A DNA stretch of 64,000 nucleotides from Clostridia bacterium. GTDB lineage: Bacteria > Bacillota > Clostridia > UBA1212 > DUPL01. The notes beneath the pieces were generated by a model. It saw only the letters and a list, made by a program, of their open reading frames with translations, searched no databases and was not told the DNA's origin. Both the position numbers and the translations under genes were made by a program. How positions within the stretch are numbered: position 1 is the first letter of the stretch; each line of letters begins with the position of its first letter. This document shows positions 9,031 through 19,384 of the stretch, one piece after another. The stretch lies in the NCBI GenBank assembly GCA_050951325.1, contig JBMNIW010000011.1, forward strand, positions 64,001 through 128,000. The letters are read 5' to 3'.

Positions 9031-9876
9031 TTAAGCCTCCAATCCTGCCAGGTATTCGTCCAATTCAGCTATAGCTTTGTCTCTCTGCTCCTGGTTAGGC
9101 GCAGTTCCATGCCAGCTGTAGTCGTTCTCCATAAAAGAAACACCCTTACCTTTAATACAATGGCATACGCACATTGTAGGTTGTCCTTTTACTGTTTTAG
9201 CCTTTTCAATAGCTGCCTTGATTTCAGCGTGGTCATGTCCGTCTTCCACAACAATAACATTCCAGCCGAATGCCTTGAACTTGTCAGCTATAGGTTCAGG
9301 ATTCATTACATCTGTAATATTTCCATCTATCTGCAGACCGTTGTAATCAACAAAAGCGGTCAAATTATCGAGTTTGTAATGAGCTGCAGCCATAGCCGCT
9401 TCCCAAACTTGTCCTTCCTGAAGTTCACCATCACCCAATATTGAGTAAACCCTGTAATCCTTGTTGTCAATTTTGCCTGCCAGCGCCATTCCTACTGCTG
9501 TTGAAATGCCCTGTCCAAGAGAACCAGTGGACATGTCAACACCTGGAACATAGCTCATGCTTGGGTGACCCTCGAGATAACTGTCAATTTTACGGAAGGT
9601 CTTCAAATCTTCTTCAGGTAAAAATCCTTTCAATGCAATTGTTGCATAAAGTGCAGGTGCGCAGTGACCTTTTGACAAAACAAAACGGTCTCTGTCCGCC
9701 CACCTCGGATCTTTTGGATTGACCCTCATTTCATCAAAATACAGTACTGTCAATATATCGGTACATGATAATGAACCACCTGGATGACCTGACTTTGCAG
9801 AAAACACTTGCTCAATTATATGTTTTCTGATTCTGGTCGCTGTCTTTTTTAGCTCCAGCGCTTTTTGCTTGTCCAT
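9031..9876 (-). CDS. Transketolase, N-terminal (TPP-binding) subunit
   Basis: SGHPGGSLS, RDRFVLSKGH, STGSLGQG, GDGELQEG. Confidence 0.95.
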   Translation of the reverse strand: MDKQKALELKKTATRIRKHIIEQVFSAKSGHPGGSLSCTDILTVLYFDEMRVNPKDPRWADRDRFVLSKGHCAPALYATIALKGFLPEEDLKTFRKIDSYLEGHPSMSYVPGVDMSTGSLGQGISTAVGMALAGKIDNKDYRVYSILGDGELQEGQVWEAAMAAAHYKLDNLTAFVDYNGLQIDGNITDVMNPEPIADKFKAFGWNVIVVEDGHDHAEIKAAIEKAKTVKGQPTMCVCHCIKGKGVSFMENDYSWHGTAPNQEQRDKAIAELDEYLAGLEA

Positions 9877-9900
9877 ATACTACACTCCTTCATAAATAAT

Positions 9901-10350
9901 TTATTTCATATATTTCTCTTCTATGTCGGAAATCATGCCAACTCTTCTTGCATGACGTCCACCCTCATATTCAGCATTAAACCACTCGTCAACAATCATT
10001 TTCGCAAGTTCGGATCCAACAACTCTAGCTCCTATGCACAGAACATTTGAATCGTTGTGCATTTTCGAAAGCTTTGCAGAGAATGGCTCTGAACAACAAC
10101 AAGCCCTTATCCCTTTTACCTTGTTGGCTGCAATGGATACCCCAACTCCGGTTCCGCAAATCAGGATTCCCGCTTCGCATTCGCCGGAAGCAACACTCTT
10201 TGCCAATTCCTCCGCAATCAAGGGATAGTCACTGGCGCTTCTTGACTGTGTGCCAAAATCTTTAACCTCAACACCCTTTTCCTCCAGATGCTTTTTTATT
10301 ATTTCTTTCAAATCAACTCCGGTATGGTCGTTCCCTATAGCGTACACCAA
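9901..10350 (-). CDS. rpiB: Ribose-5-phosphate isomerase B
   Basis: GNDHTG, DYP, CGTGVG, HNDSN, GGRHARRV; AAGGAGG RBS before a TTG/GTG start. Confidence 0.95.
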   Translation of the reverse strand: MVYAIGNDHTGVDLKEIIKKHLEEKGVEVKDFGTQSRSASDYPLIAEELAKSVASGECEAGILICGTGVGVSIAANKVKGIRACCCSEPFSAKLSKMHNDSNVLCIGARVVGSELAKMIVDEWFNAEYEGGRHARRVGMISDIEEKYMK

Positions 10351-10500
10351 ACACACCTCCTTAAACTAATTCACCAGGCATTATGTTCAAAAACCATGCC
10401 AATTAAAAATTATACACTTTATTTAACTAAAAATCCAGTGTTAAATCCAAATCATGTAACACCAATATATTTTAACACATCCTGGCGTTTTTGGGAAATT

Positions 10501-10530
10501 AAAAAAAGAAGGGAGGCGATCCCCTTCTTC
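10501..10530 (-). terminator. Rho-independent terminator after ohr
   Basis: AAGAAGGG...CCCTTCTT stem with a T run on the minus strand. Confidence 0.7.
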
Positions 10531-10559
10531 TATATTAAAGCTCTTTCATATCAATATAT

Positions 10560-10985
10560 CTATGACTTAACAACTTCAAGCGTCACTTCCACATTGCCCC
10601 TTGTCGCCTTTGAGTATGGGCAAATCTCATGCGCAAGTTTTACGTACTTCTCAGCCTCTTCCTTGCCGATTCCCTTGACGCTGGCCTGCAAATGCACGGC
10701 AATCTTGAAGCCATTATCCTCAGGATCTTCCAAAAGTGAAACGGAAGCAGCCACCTGTGTTGATTCAAACCTTACCCTGTTCTTTCGAAGCACCAGTTCC
10801 AAAGCTCCGTTGAAGCAGGAACTGTAGCCTGCTGCAAAAAGCTGCTCCGGATTAGTAGCATCAGGATCCTTGCCACCCATCTCAACCGGCGTGGCAACAT
10901 TTACTTCGAATTTACCGTCCGATGAATAAGCCTTGCCGCTTCTACCACCTGTATTCGTAACAACTGCAGTATATAATACTTTCAT
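10560..10985 (-). CDS. ohr: Organic hydroperoxide resistance protein (Ohr)
   Basis: GGRSG, TNPEQLFAAGYSSCF, CPYSKATRGN; start MKVLYT. Confidence 0.95.
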   Translation of the reverse strand: MKVLYTAVVTNTGGRSGKAYSSDGKFEVNVATPVEMGGKDPDATNPEQLFAAGYSSCFNGALELVLRKNRVRFESTQVAASVSLLEDPEDNGFKIAVHLQASVKGIGKEEAEKYVKLAHEICPYSKATRGNVEVTLEVVKS

Positions 10986-11067
10986 GTCGTTCTCCTCCTT
11001 TTTCATGCTATAACCTATTATACCATAGTTTTCTGAAAAATTAGATTCATCTAACAATTTTTTTATT

Positions 11068-12117
11068 TCACAAATTCATTATTATCACAACCACCAAATA
11101 GAACACAAACAATATCAGACTTGAGGCAATCAAGAGTTTTGGCATAATTTTCTTCTCCGCAGTCCCAACAAATGCAAACGTAAAGAAAAGGTTAATCGGC
11201 AATATGCCCAGAATACTTAATTTCGATATCAATCCCGCCAAGGCATAAGACATGGTCATATTGGTTACTATTGAAGGAAAAACGGTAAGATACAGACAGA
11301 CAGAAAAGAGATGCGCAAGATGGAAAAGGACAAGATGTCTGTACTTGAAACCAGGGATGCATTTCCTTAACACAAAAAAGCATCCTGCATGCAGGCCAAA
11401 GAAGCCAAAAGCTGCAAGACCAATCAGTATGCGAAAATCAATTTCCTCATTTTTCTCCAGAAGCCCAAGGTCCCACAATACATCATTTCTAATGCTTGAA
11501 GGAAGATACCATGTAATATCCTTTGCAAAATCAAGGTCAACATCATACCTCAGAGTTATATTTTTGTTTGTTACCCTTTCAAGTGTCCTCCCACCATCCA
11601 GATAGAATGAAACAGAGTCTATAGGCACCAAAATTGCCTTGTCCCCAAGTTCTACCTCTAAGCTTTCTTCAACGTCTATTGTCAGTTCGATTTCATCAGG
11701 AGAAGGAAAAGTTGATCTTGCCTCCTTTTTCCCTTCTGAATACACCACCTTCTTTATTCTGTCAATCATCGATATGTAAATCTCATGCAGTTTTAGATCT
11801 TCAATATCATAAGGCGAGGATTCCTCCCGGTTACCTCTTTCATCATATTTATACATGGTACCATCGTAGTAAAAGAACTTTTCCTTTTCAGTGATATCTT
11901 TATATAGAACAAGATTATCAAGCCGGAATATCTCAATATATTGCTCGTCATTTCCAAAGTATAAATAATACCTGCTGCTTTCCTTGTTCTGTTCCAGTTC
12001 TTTTAATACGACACTTTCAGCTTTCACTACTTCTTTTCCTGTAAGTTTAAGCTCTCTACCACACCCGCATAGAAATAACGATATGAGTGCAAGCAGGATT
12101 ATACATATCTTTTTCAT
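11068..12117 (-). CDS. Hypothetical lipoprotein with about four C-terminal TM helices
   Basis: Lipobox LCGC; hydrophobic C-terminal third. Confidence 0.65.
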   Translation of the reverse strand: MKKICIILLALISLFLCGCGRELKLTGKEVVKAESVVLKELEQNKESSRYYLYFGNDEQYIEIFRLDNLVLYKDITEKEKFFYYDGTMYKYDERGNREESSPYDIEDLKLHEIYISMIDRIKKVVYSEGKKEARSTFPSPDEIELTIDVEESLEVELGDKAILVPIDSVSFYLDGGRTLERVTNKNITLRYDVDLDFAKDITWYLPSSIRNDVLWDLGLLEKNEEIDFRILIGLAAFGFFGLHAGCFFVLRKCIPGFKYRHLVLFHLAHLFSVCLYLTVFPSIVTNMTMSYALAGLISKLSILGILPINLFFTFAFVGTAEKKIMPKLLIASSLILFVFYLVVVIIMNL

Positions 12118-12293
12118 AATATTCCCTCGTTCTTAGTCAAATTAGATAAATAATATATGTTAATACATTATCTGTCAACCGAATATTGATGTATTTGAAA
12201 ATGTCTTGATTTTGTTCCCCAGAATACCAATATTGCTTTCCTTTTTTTTTGGTGTTAAAATATGCTCAAAATATTGCATAAGGATGTATTTGA

Positions 12294-13616
12294 TTGAACA
12301 TCAAACGTATAAGAAACAGTAATTTTTTCAGAATATTCAACCTAAAAGATGACCTGGCCAAAGGAAGGACATCCATGCTTGTTTCAAGCATCATTGTCAC
12401 CAGCAACACCTTCCTGACGGCGGGTATTTTTCATACTGCTTTCCTTATTGCAAACGACATCGACATTGTAAAGGTGGGTATTATCTCTTTCATCCCCTTT
12501 TTAGCCAACACCTTCAGTATTTTCTCACCCTTTATCCTGGAGAGATTCGAAAGAAGAAAAGGCATCCTCACCTTAGGCCGCCTTTTGTATTACACGTTGT
12601 ATATACTGGGAGTTACCCTTCTTCCACTGGTTGTAAAGGAGCAGAACGCAAAGGTAATATCTTTTGCCGTTATTGTATTCATCTCAAATGTCATAAACGC
12701 CCTTACAGTAACAGGATACGCAGCCTGGCATGTAAACTTCATACCCAACAAGGTAAGAGCCGACTACATAAGCTATATGCAAACTTTGTCGTACGTGTTT
12801 ACAGGCATTGTATTAATTGCATCCAGTCTGATTGCCGACAAGTTAAGAGGATCTGCATATGAAAATACAGTATTGTTTTCAATACGTATTTTTGCATACA
12901 TAATTGCCATTGTGGATGTGGCTGTACTTTCGCTTCCAAAAGAGTTTCCTTATGCAAAGAAAGCAAAAATAAAGCTCAAGAATGTATTTGCGCTGCCTTT
13001 TTCATACAAACCTTTCATCTACACGATGCTGATAACTTTTTCCTGGACCTTTGTCCAGAACCTTACATATTCCCTGCTCGACTATTATCTCCTCAACGAT
13101 GTAGGAGTTGAATACATATTTATTAATGCGATAAATGCAGGCTATGCCATATTCCTGCTGGTATTCTCAAGATTCTGGAAGAGATTTCTGGCAAAACACA
13201 GCTGGTTCAAAACCTTTGGCATTGCTGCCATAATGTACTCTCCCACCACCTTTTTATACTCCTTTGCAACAAAAGCAACATATATCCCAATAATGTTGGT
13301 AGTAAGGCTGTCACAACACTTTATAGGAGTTGGACTTAACCTCACTTTTGCCAACATGGTGTATGTTAACCTTCCCGAAGAGGACAGGACAAACTACACC
13401 TCCTTTCATCAGTTTGGAGCAAACCTGTCAGCCTTTTTAGGGATGCTAACCGGCACCACTTTCGTTGCAGTAACAAAAAACTTCGTTATTAACTTAGGTA
13501 ACTTTGGCTTTACCAGCGTACAGCAGTTGCTTGTGATTCAATCAATCTGCCAGTTGCTGGTAGCTCTAATGGTATTAAAGCTTTTGCCAAAGGTTGAAGT
13601 TAATAACGAAGATTAG
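12294..13616 (+). CDS. MFS transporter
   Basis: 440 aa, about 12 hydrophobic segments, ERFERRK loop motif. Confidence 0.8.
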   Translation: MNIKRIRNSNFFRIFNLKDDLAKGRTSMLVSSIIVTSNTFLTAGIFHTAFLIANDIDIVKVGIISFIPFLANTFSIFSPFILERFERRKGILTLGRLLYYTLYILGVTLLPLVVKEQNAKVISFAVIVFISNVINALTVTGYAAWHVNFIPNKVRADYISYMQTLSYVFTGIVLIASSLIADKLRGSAYENTVLFSIRIFAYIIAIVDVAVLSLPKEFPYAKKAKIKLKNVFALPFSYKPFIYTMLITFSWTFVQNLTYSLLDYYLLNDVGVEYIFINAINAGYAIFLLVFSRFWKRFLAKHSWFKTFGIAAIMYSPTTFLYSFATKATYIPIMLVVRLSQHFIGVGLNLTFANMVYVNLPEEDRTNYTSFHQFGANLSAFLGMLTGTTFVAVTKNFVINLGNFGFTSVQQLLVIQSICQLLVALMVLKLLPKVEVNNED

Positions 13617-14141
13617 TTAATCTTTCGACTCTTTAATTATTCTGCCATCTTTCAAATACAAAAGTCTTTGGTTGGAACTGCCCCTGAACATAAGATTCAG
13701 GCTTTTCTTTTCAATCACAAACGGACCGTCCACCAGGATGTCGGTTAGTTGAAGAAGTTTCCTTCTTGCTTCATTTACCTCTTCACTTTCATCCACACCT
13801 TCTGATATTTCCTCGTAGGTAAACCCCGTATAAGTCATCACCTCAAGACCTCTTTCCCTGGCACCTTTTGCGATCTCGCAACAAGCATCAGGCTGTAGGA
13901 AAGGCTCTCCCCCCGACAGGGTTATACCGTCGAGGAGAGGATTTTCATCCAGCATTTTCAGAATCTTGTCTATTTCAACAATTTTACCTCCATCCAAATC
14001 CCAGGTTTCTTCATTGTGGCATCCCTTGCAGTGCCTTTTGCAACCTTGGGTGAAGACAACAAACCTGAATCCAGGACCGTCCACAATAGACTCTTCTATG
14101 ATTCCTGCTATGCGTATGTATCTATTTTCTTGTGACGTCAT
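13617..14141 (-). CDS. nrdG: Anaerobic ribonucleotide reductase activating enzyme
   Basis: SIVDGPG, CKRHCKGC radical SAM motif, SGGEP, RGSSNQR. Confidence 0.95.
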   Translation of the reverse strand: MTSQENRYIRIAGIIEESIVDGPGFRFVVFTQGCKRHCKGCHNEETWDLDGGKIVEIDKILKMLDENPLLDGITLSGGEPFLQPDACCEIAKGARERGLEVMTYTGFTYEEISEGVDESEEVNEARRKLLQLTDILVDGPFVIEKKSLNLMFRGSSNQRLLYLKDGRIIKESKD

Positions 14142-16479
14142 GTTTAACCCTGTCCCTTACTTCTGCACGCTTCGCATCATTAAACCTGTCAAGAGTTCCT
14201 ACGAGATATCCTGTAATTCTCCTTATTCTCTCCACAGGCACCGTGTCGTCCGTGCATTCCCTATCGCACTTTGGACAAGTGTCGTTAATTATTCCTGTAT
14301 AGCCGCATACCGGATCTCTGTCAACAGGATGATTGATGCTGCCATACCCAATGCCCGCCTCATGCATTGCACGGATGATCTTCATAAAAGCAGCCAGGTT
14401 TTTGGATGGATCACCGTCCAGCTCCACATACGTTATATGGCCTGCATTTGTAAGCTCGTGGTATGGAGCTTCAACCTGTATCTTTTTAAGTGCATTTATT
14501 TTGTAATATACAGGAACATGGAAACTGTTTGTATAGTATTCCTTGTCGGTAATTCCTTCAATAACTCCGTATCTCTTTCTGTCCATTCTCACAAACCTTC
14601 CAGAAAGACCTTCCGCAGGGGTGGCAAGGAGCGTAAAATTCATCTTTCTCTTCTGGCTTTCCGCATCCACTCTGTTTCTCATGTGCCTAATAATCTTAAG
14701 GCCAAGTTCCTGAGCTTCTTCGGATTCTCCGTGATGTTTTCCAATAAGAGCAACCAAAGTCTCGGCAAGTCCTATGAAGCCTACCGAGAGGGTTCCGTGC
14801 TTAAGCACTTCCCTTATCTCGTCTTCATTGGAAAGCTTCTCACTATCAAGCCATACACCCTGACCCATAAGGAAGGGGAAGTTCTTAACCTTTTTCCTTG
14901 CCTGTATTTCAAACCTCTCCATAAGCTGATCTATTACCAGATTCATCAATCTGTCAAGGGAGGCAAAGAACTTGTCAACATCACCCTTTGCTTCTATTGC
15001 AAGTCTTGGCAGGTTTATGGAGGTAAAGCTAAGATTTCCTCTGCGGGCTGAAATCTCCCTTTCAGGGTCATGCACATTTCCAAGGACTCTTGTTCTGCAT
15101 CCCATATATGCAACTTCCGTCTCATAATTTCCAGGCTTATAATATTTGATATTGAAAGGAGCGTCCTGGAACGCAAAATTCGGGAACAGCCTTTTTGCAC
15201 TTACTCTGCAAGCCAGTTCAAACAGATCGTAACTTGGATCCTGCGGGTTGTAGTTGATGCCATCCTTCACTCTGAAAATATGAATCGGGAAGATGGCGGT
15301 CTCACCGTTGCCAAGACCGGCTTCTGTTGCCAGCAATACGTTTTTAATAACCATTCTGCCTTCCGGACTTGTGTCAAGTCCATAGTTGATTGAGCTGAAC
15401 GGGGTTTGCGCACCTGCACGGCTGTTCATGGTATTCAAGTTGTGAATGAGAGCCTCCATGGCCTGGTAGGTGGCATTGTCCGTCTCTTCATGTGCTTTTC
15501 TTGATGCGAACCTCTGGCATCTTGCAATCTCGTCAACTGTAAACAGACCGTACTTGTCCAGAGCATTTGTAAGGTATTTCTGCTCCGCCTCAAAATATGC
15601 CGGATTCGTCTCAAGAGATGGGAACAGCCCCGTTTCCTTTCTTATACTCTCTACACATTCGCGCATAATCGGCTCTGTATCCACCACATTGTCAAGGCTG
15701 AGAAGAAGCTCCAAAGACCTAACCATGTTTGCCCTGTACCTCTTCATGTAAGTCTTCCTGACACCGTCCGCCATTCCATAGTCAAAGTTTACTATGGACT
15801 GTCCGCCATGCTGGTCGTTCTGATTGGACTGAATTGCAATGCATGCAAGCGCTGCATAGGACTGAATATCGTTTGGAGTCCTTAAGTGACCATGTCCCGT
15901 GCTGAATCCATTATCAAACATTGTAATAAGGTCTATCTGACAGCAGGTGGTGGTCAAGGTCAGAAAATCAAGGTCGTGAATATGTATGTCCCCATCCTTG
16001 TGAGCCTGGGAATGCTGAGGTTTAAGAACAAAAAGCTCATAAAAATGCTTTGCTCCTTCGGAACCGTACTTCAGCATGGTTCCCATGGCGGTGTCTCCGT
16101 CAATGTTTGCATTCTCCCTCTTCACATCATTCTCTTTTGCCTCTTTGAACGTAAGGTCGGCAAAAGTGTTCATGAGCCTGTTGTTCATCTCCCTTATTCT
16201 TGTACGCTCCGCCCTGTACAGAATATATTTCTTGGCTATTTCCACATAACCTTTATCCATCAGGACGTACTCAACCTTGTCCTGTATGAACTCAACAGTA
16301 GGCGTATCACCGTTTACTTCTTTATCAATTATATCTACAACACCGGTTGCAAGCTCAAAAGCTTTTTCATAGGAAATGGGATTTGTAGAAGCCTGACCCG
16401 CTTTATATATCGCGTTGATGATTTTTTCTATGTTAAAAGGTACTTCTCTTCCGTCCCTCTTTTTAATTATAGTCAGCAT
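14122..16479 (-). CDS. nrdD: Class III anaerobic ribonucleoside-triphosphate reductase with ATP cone
   Basis: IKKRDGR ATP cone, IHIHDLD, TTCC, YMGCRT, ATPAEG, YTNSFH, CxxC...CxxC, RRITGY glycyl-radical site. Confidence 0.97.
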   Translation of the reverse strand: MLTIIKKRDGREVPFNIEKIINAIYKAGQASTNPISYEKAFELATGVVDIIDKEVNGDTPTVEFIQDKVEYVLMDKGYVEIAKKYILYRAERTRIREMNNRLMNTFADLTFKEAKENDVKRENANIDGDTAMGTMLKYGSEGAKHFYELFVLKPQHSQAHKDGDIHIHDLDFLTLTTTCCQIDLITMFDNGFSTGHGHLRTPNDIQSYAALACIAIQSNQNDQHGGQSIVNFDYGMADGVRKTYMKRYRANMVRSLELLLSLDNVVDTEPIMRECVESIRKETGLFPSLETNPAYFEAEQKYLTNALDKYGLFTVDEIARCQRFASRKAHEETDNATYQAMEALIHNLNTMNSRAGAQTPFSSINYGLDTSPEGRMVIKNVLLATEAGLGNGETAIFPIHIFRVKDGINYNPQDPSYDLFELACRVSAKRLFPNFAFQDAPFNIKYYKPGNYETEVAYMGCRTRVLGNVHDPEREISARRGNLSFTSINLPRLAIEAKGDVDKFFASLDRLMNLVIDQLMERFEIQARKKVKNFPFLMGQGVWLDSEKLSNEDEIREVLKHGTLSVGFIGLAETLVALIGKHHGESEEAQELGLKIIRHMRNRVDAESQKRKMNFTLLATPAEGLSGRFVRMDRKRYGVIEGITDKEYYTNSFHVPVYYKINALKKIQVEAPYHELTNAGHITYVELDGDPSKNLAAFMKIIRAMHEAGIGYGSINHPVDRDPVCGYTGIINDTCPKCDRECTDDTVPVERIRRITGYLVGTLDRFNDAKRAEVRDRVKHDVTRK

Positions 16480-16490
16480 AAGCAAGCTCC

Positions 16491-16541
16491 TTTCCATATT
16501 TTGTGTTTAACTATACTAGCATATACAATATATTGTGTCAA
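16491..16541 (-). promoter_or_regulatory. Tandem NrdR boxes overlapping the nrdD sigma-A promoter
   Basis: Minus strand ACACAATATATTGTAT (16523-16538) and ACACAAAATATGGAAA (16491-16506), 32 bp apart; TTGACA-17 nt-TAGTAT. Confidence 0.8.
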
Positions 16542-16556
16542 TACTTTTAACAGAAA

Positions 16557-18211
16557 TTAATTTGTTAATTTTCCAACCGGCAACACATCATGTCTTCCAG
16601 TAACTTTGTTCTTTCCGGAATAGTCAAAAACATAAAACTCTTCTCCGACAAATCTGACAGAATTGACAAAAGACTTGTCCATATTAGCATCCTTTGACAA
16701 CTTCCTTCCCTTCCACAAATACTGAAGAGTCATCGGGGGATAGTTGGATGAATCCGACGCATGGTAGTCAAACAGCATCAGGTGCGCAAACTCATCTTTT
16801 TTCTCAAGAAAATTCAAACTTACAAACTCAAACAGTATGTCATACAGCTCCCTTGACGAAATACTCCTAAAAAGATTGTTTGTCTTTTCAAAATACTCAG
16901 CAATCATCTCATACATGTCAAAAGGAGTATCAAAATATTCGATTAGGTTTCTAAGTGTTTTATAGAACCTGCCTGAATTGTAATACTTTTCGAGTATGAA
17001 CTCAACCCTTTTCAGAGGCAGCCAGGTCGTCGTATGACAGGTATCTGCTTGACAGAATCTCATAAGGTGGATGATTCCGAAAACACATAACCATGTTTTT
17101 CCAGCATATCATTCATCCTGGTTCCAGGAAGCAGCTTCAAAAATCCAAGTTGGAGCTGATGCGAATAAAGAAGGTAGGCCTCATTGAAGGACTTTTTGAA
17201 AATGGCAAGAGTCTCATAAGGAAGCCCTGCAATCAAGTCAACATGCATGTGTATATTCCCCATCCTTGTTATCCTTTCAATATTCTGAAAGCACCTATCA
17301 AGATTAGTCTTTCTTACACTTTCCATCAAAGCTTTTTCATACGTCGACTGTATTCCGGCTTCAAACTGAATTAATCCGGAGGGGGCTTTTGCCAGCAAGT
17401 CAAGAACCTTATCCGTAAACAAATCAGCACCCACTTCAAAGTGAAAATTAATATCCTTATCTTTTGCATTTTCTATGATAAAGGATAATATTTTGTATGC
17501 CCTGTCATTGTCGCAGTTGAAGGTCCTGTCCACAAACTTGACCTGTTTTACCCCAGATTTAATAAAAAAGGACAAGTCATTAAAAACCCTGTCAAGGTCC
17601 AGATATCTGACTCCCCTTTCAACAGAGCTCAAACAATATGCACAGCTGTAAGGACAGCCGCGTGAAGATTCATAATATATTATCCTGTTGTCAAACCTGC
17701 TTATATTTTCCTCGTTGTATATAAAAGGGATGCTTGCAAGATCCTTTATTCTTCCTGTAGCAACCTTCTTTCCATCAACTTGAAACTCAAAAGGAAGTTT
17801 GACATTCTCTTTTTTAACAAGGGAAACCATAAGAGCGTAAAAAGCCCTCTCACCTTCTCCCTGAACCACATAATCATAAACAAGGCTGGTATGCTCCGTG
17901 CCATAACCAACCTCGGGACCTCCTATGATTATTATACATTCAGGGTTTACCTTTTTTATATCCTGCGTCAGCCTCGATACATATGCCACATTCCAGATGT
18001 ACACCGAGAAACCAATAACATCGTATTTATTTGTCAATATATCGTAAAGTACATTTTCATAAACATCATTTACAGTATACTCCTTTATAACTATTTCACC
18101 TATATCAAAACCATACGTTTTCTCAAATTCCCTTGCCTGAGTATAGATGGACCATACAGCAGGGTTTGAGTGTACATATTTTGAGTTGACAGCACAAAGC
18201 AGCGTTCTCAA
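16557..18211 (-). CDS. B12-binding radical SAM protein with DUF4080-like C-terminus, apparently frameshifted twice near 17075 and 17023
   Basis: NSKYVH, GFSVYIWN, GGPEV, SRGCPYSCAYC, DRTFN. A third reading frame supplies HPPYEILSSRYLSYDDL, bridging to LKRVEFILEKYYNSG. Confidence 0.85.
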
Positions 18212-18235
18212 TAAAACAACCTCCAAAAAACTATA

Positions 18236-19306
18236 CTACAATTGCAAATTCAATCCACCCATGTCATTCAGCATGGCATTTCTGTGCATCTTCCTGTATT
18301 TGTACGGGGTGGTGCCAATTTTTTGCTTGAACACCCTGTTGAAGTATGCAACATTGTCATAACCCACCTTTCCAGGTATGTCGCTAATCCTCATATTCGT
18401 TGTTGCAAGCAGATGACATGCTTCCTTCAACCTGGTAGTCTGCAAGATATTTACAAACGACATCCCGGTAAGTCTCTTTATATATTTACTGAAATACGGC
18501 TCAGAATAATTAAAATGCCTTGCCACATCCGACAAAGTGACACATGCATGATTCCTCTGTATATACTCAAGAATACTGTGTATTACTTCATTCTTCTCAG
18601 AAACCTCATCGTCGTAATCTTCCAGGTTTGCAAGGTAATTGAATATCGCTATAACCAAAGCTTTCTTGACGGGAAAACTGTTTCTTCCCTTGAAGGATTC
18701 TGAAATCAAAACAGCAAGAAGATTCCTAAGCGGAGCATTATGAAGCGCATGAAACATAAGAAACTTCTTTTCTCCCAGAGGATGCATGTACAGATTCTGT
18801 TTAATAAATTTGATGAGCATGCTTCCTTTGGTTATCTCATTTAAAAAGTTTTCGTCAAACAGTGACTTTTTCATTATTATGTTGATAACAACGCTGTCAT
18901 CGCCCACCCAGAGCTTGTGAAATACATTTGGAGGAATCAGGCATATGTCCCCATCCGACATCTTGTAAAGCTTGTTCTCGATTGTGTTGTCGGCCTTTCC
19001 TTTCAAAACGTAGATCATCTCAAAAAAAGTATGGTCATGAGCTAAATCAGGACTGTATCTTGTATGCTTCCTGATAGTTATGTCATGCTTGTACCTATCA
19101 GCGAACAAGGTTCTTACCTTCAGCTCCCCCAGATCCTCCTCGAAAACTTCCGCAAGAAGATACTGTCTCAAGTCGCCTGTCATTTTCAGCACTTTTTGAA
19201 GTTTTTCCTTATCGTGCCTGACTTCGTGATATGCCTTGTAAAATTTTTCAATTTCATCATATTCAATAAGATACTCGAAAGTGTCCGGCGGAGATGTATG
19301 AATCAT
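18236..19306 (-). CDS. AraC-family transcriptional regulator with cupin sensor domain
   Basis: HDHTFFEM...PPNVFH cupin; C-terminal VGYDNVAYFNRVFK..GTTP. Confidence 0.93.
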   Translation of the reverse strand: MIHTSPPDTFEYLIEYDEIEKFYKAYHEVRHDKEKLQKVLKMTGDLRQYLLAEVFEEDLGELKVRTLFADRYKHDITIRKHTRYSPDLAHDHTFFEMIYVLKGKADNTIENKLYKMSDGDICLIPPNVFHKLWVGDDSVVINIIMKKSLFDENFLNEITKGSMLIKFIKQNLYMHPLGEKKFLMFHALHNAPLRNLLAVLISESFKGRNSFPVKKALVIAIFNYLANLEDYDDEVSEKNEVIHSILEYIQRNHACVTLSDVARHFNYSEPYFSKYIKRLTGMSFVNILQTTRLKEACHLLATTNMRISDIPGKVGYDNVAYFNRVFKQKIGTTPYKYRKMHRNAMLNDMGGLNLQL

Positions 19307-19384
19307 TCCAAAATCCTCTCTGTATTTTTATATATTATATCCTCCATGAAGAATATATTCAACCGGACAAAAACAGGATGACTT

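Noticed and set aside
13966-15051. Long antisense ORFs (361 aa here; also 34112-35032, 8082-8930, 45462-46181)
   Set aside because: They lie opposite well-supported genes (nrdD/G, hydrogenase, transketolase, mutS) and have no motifs or RBS
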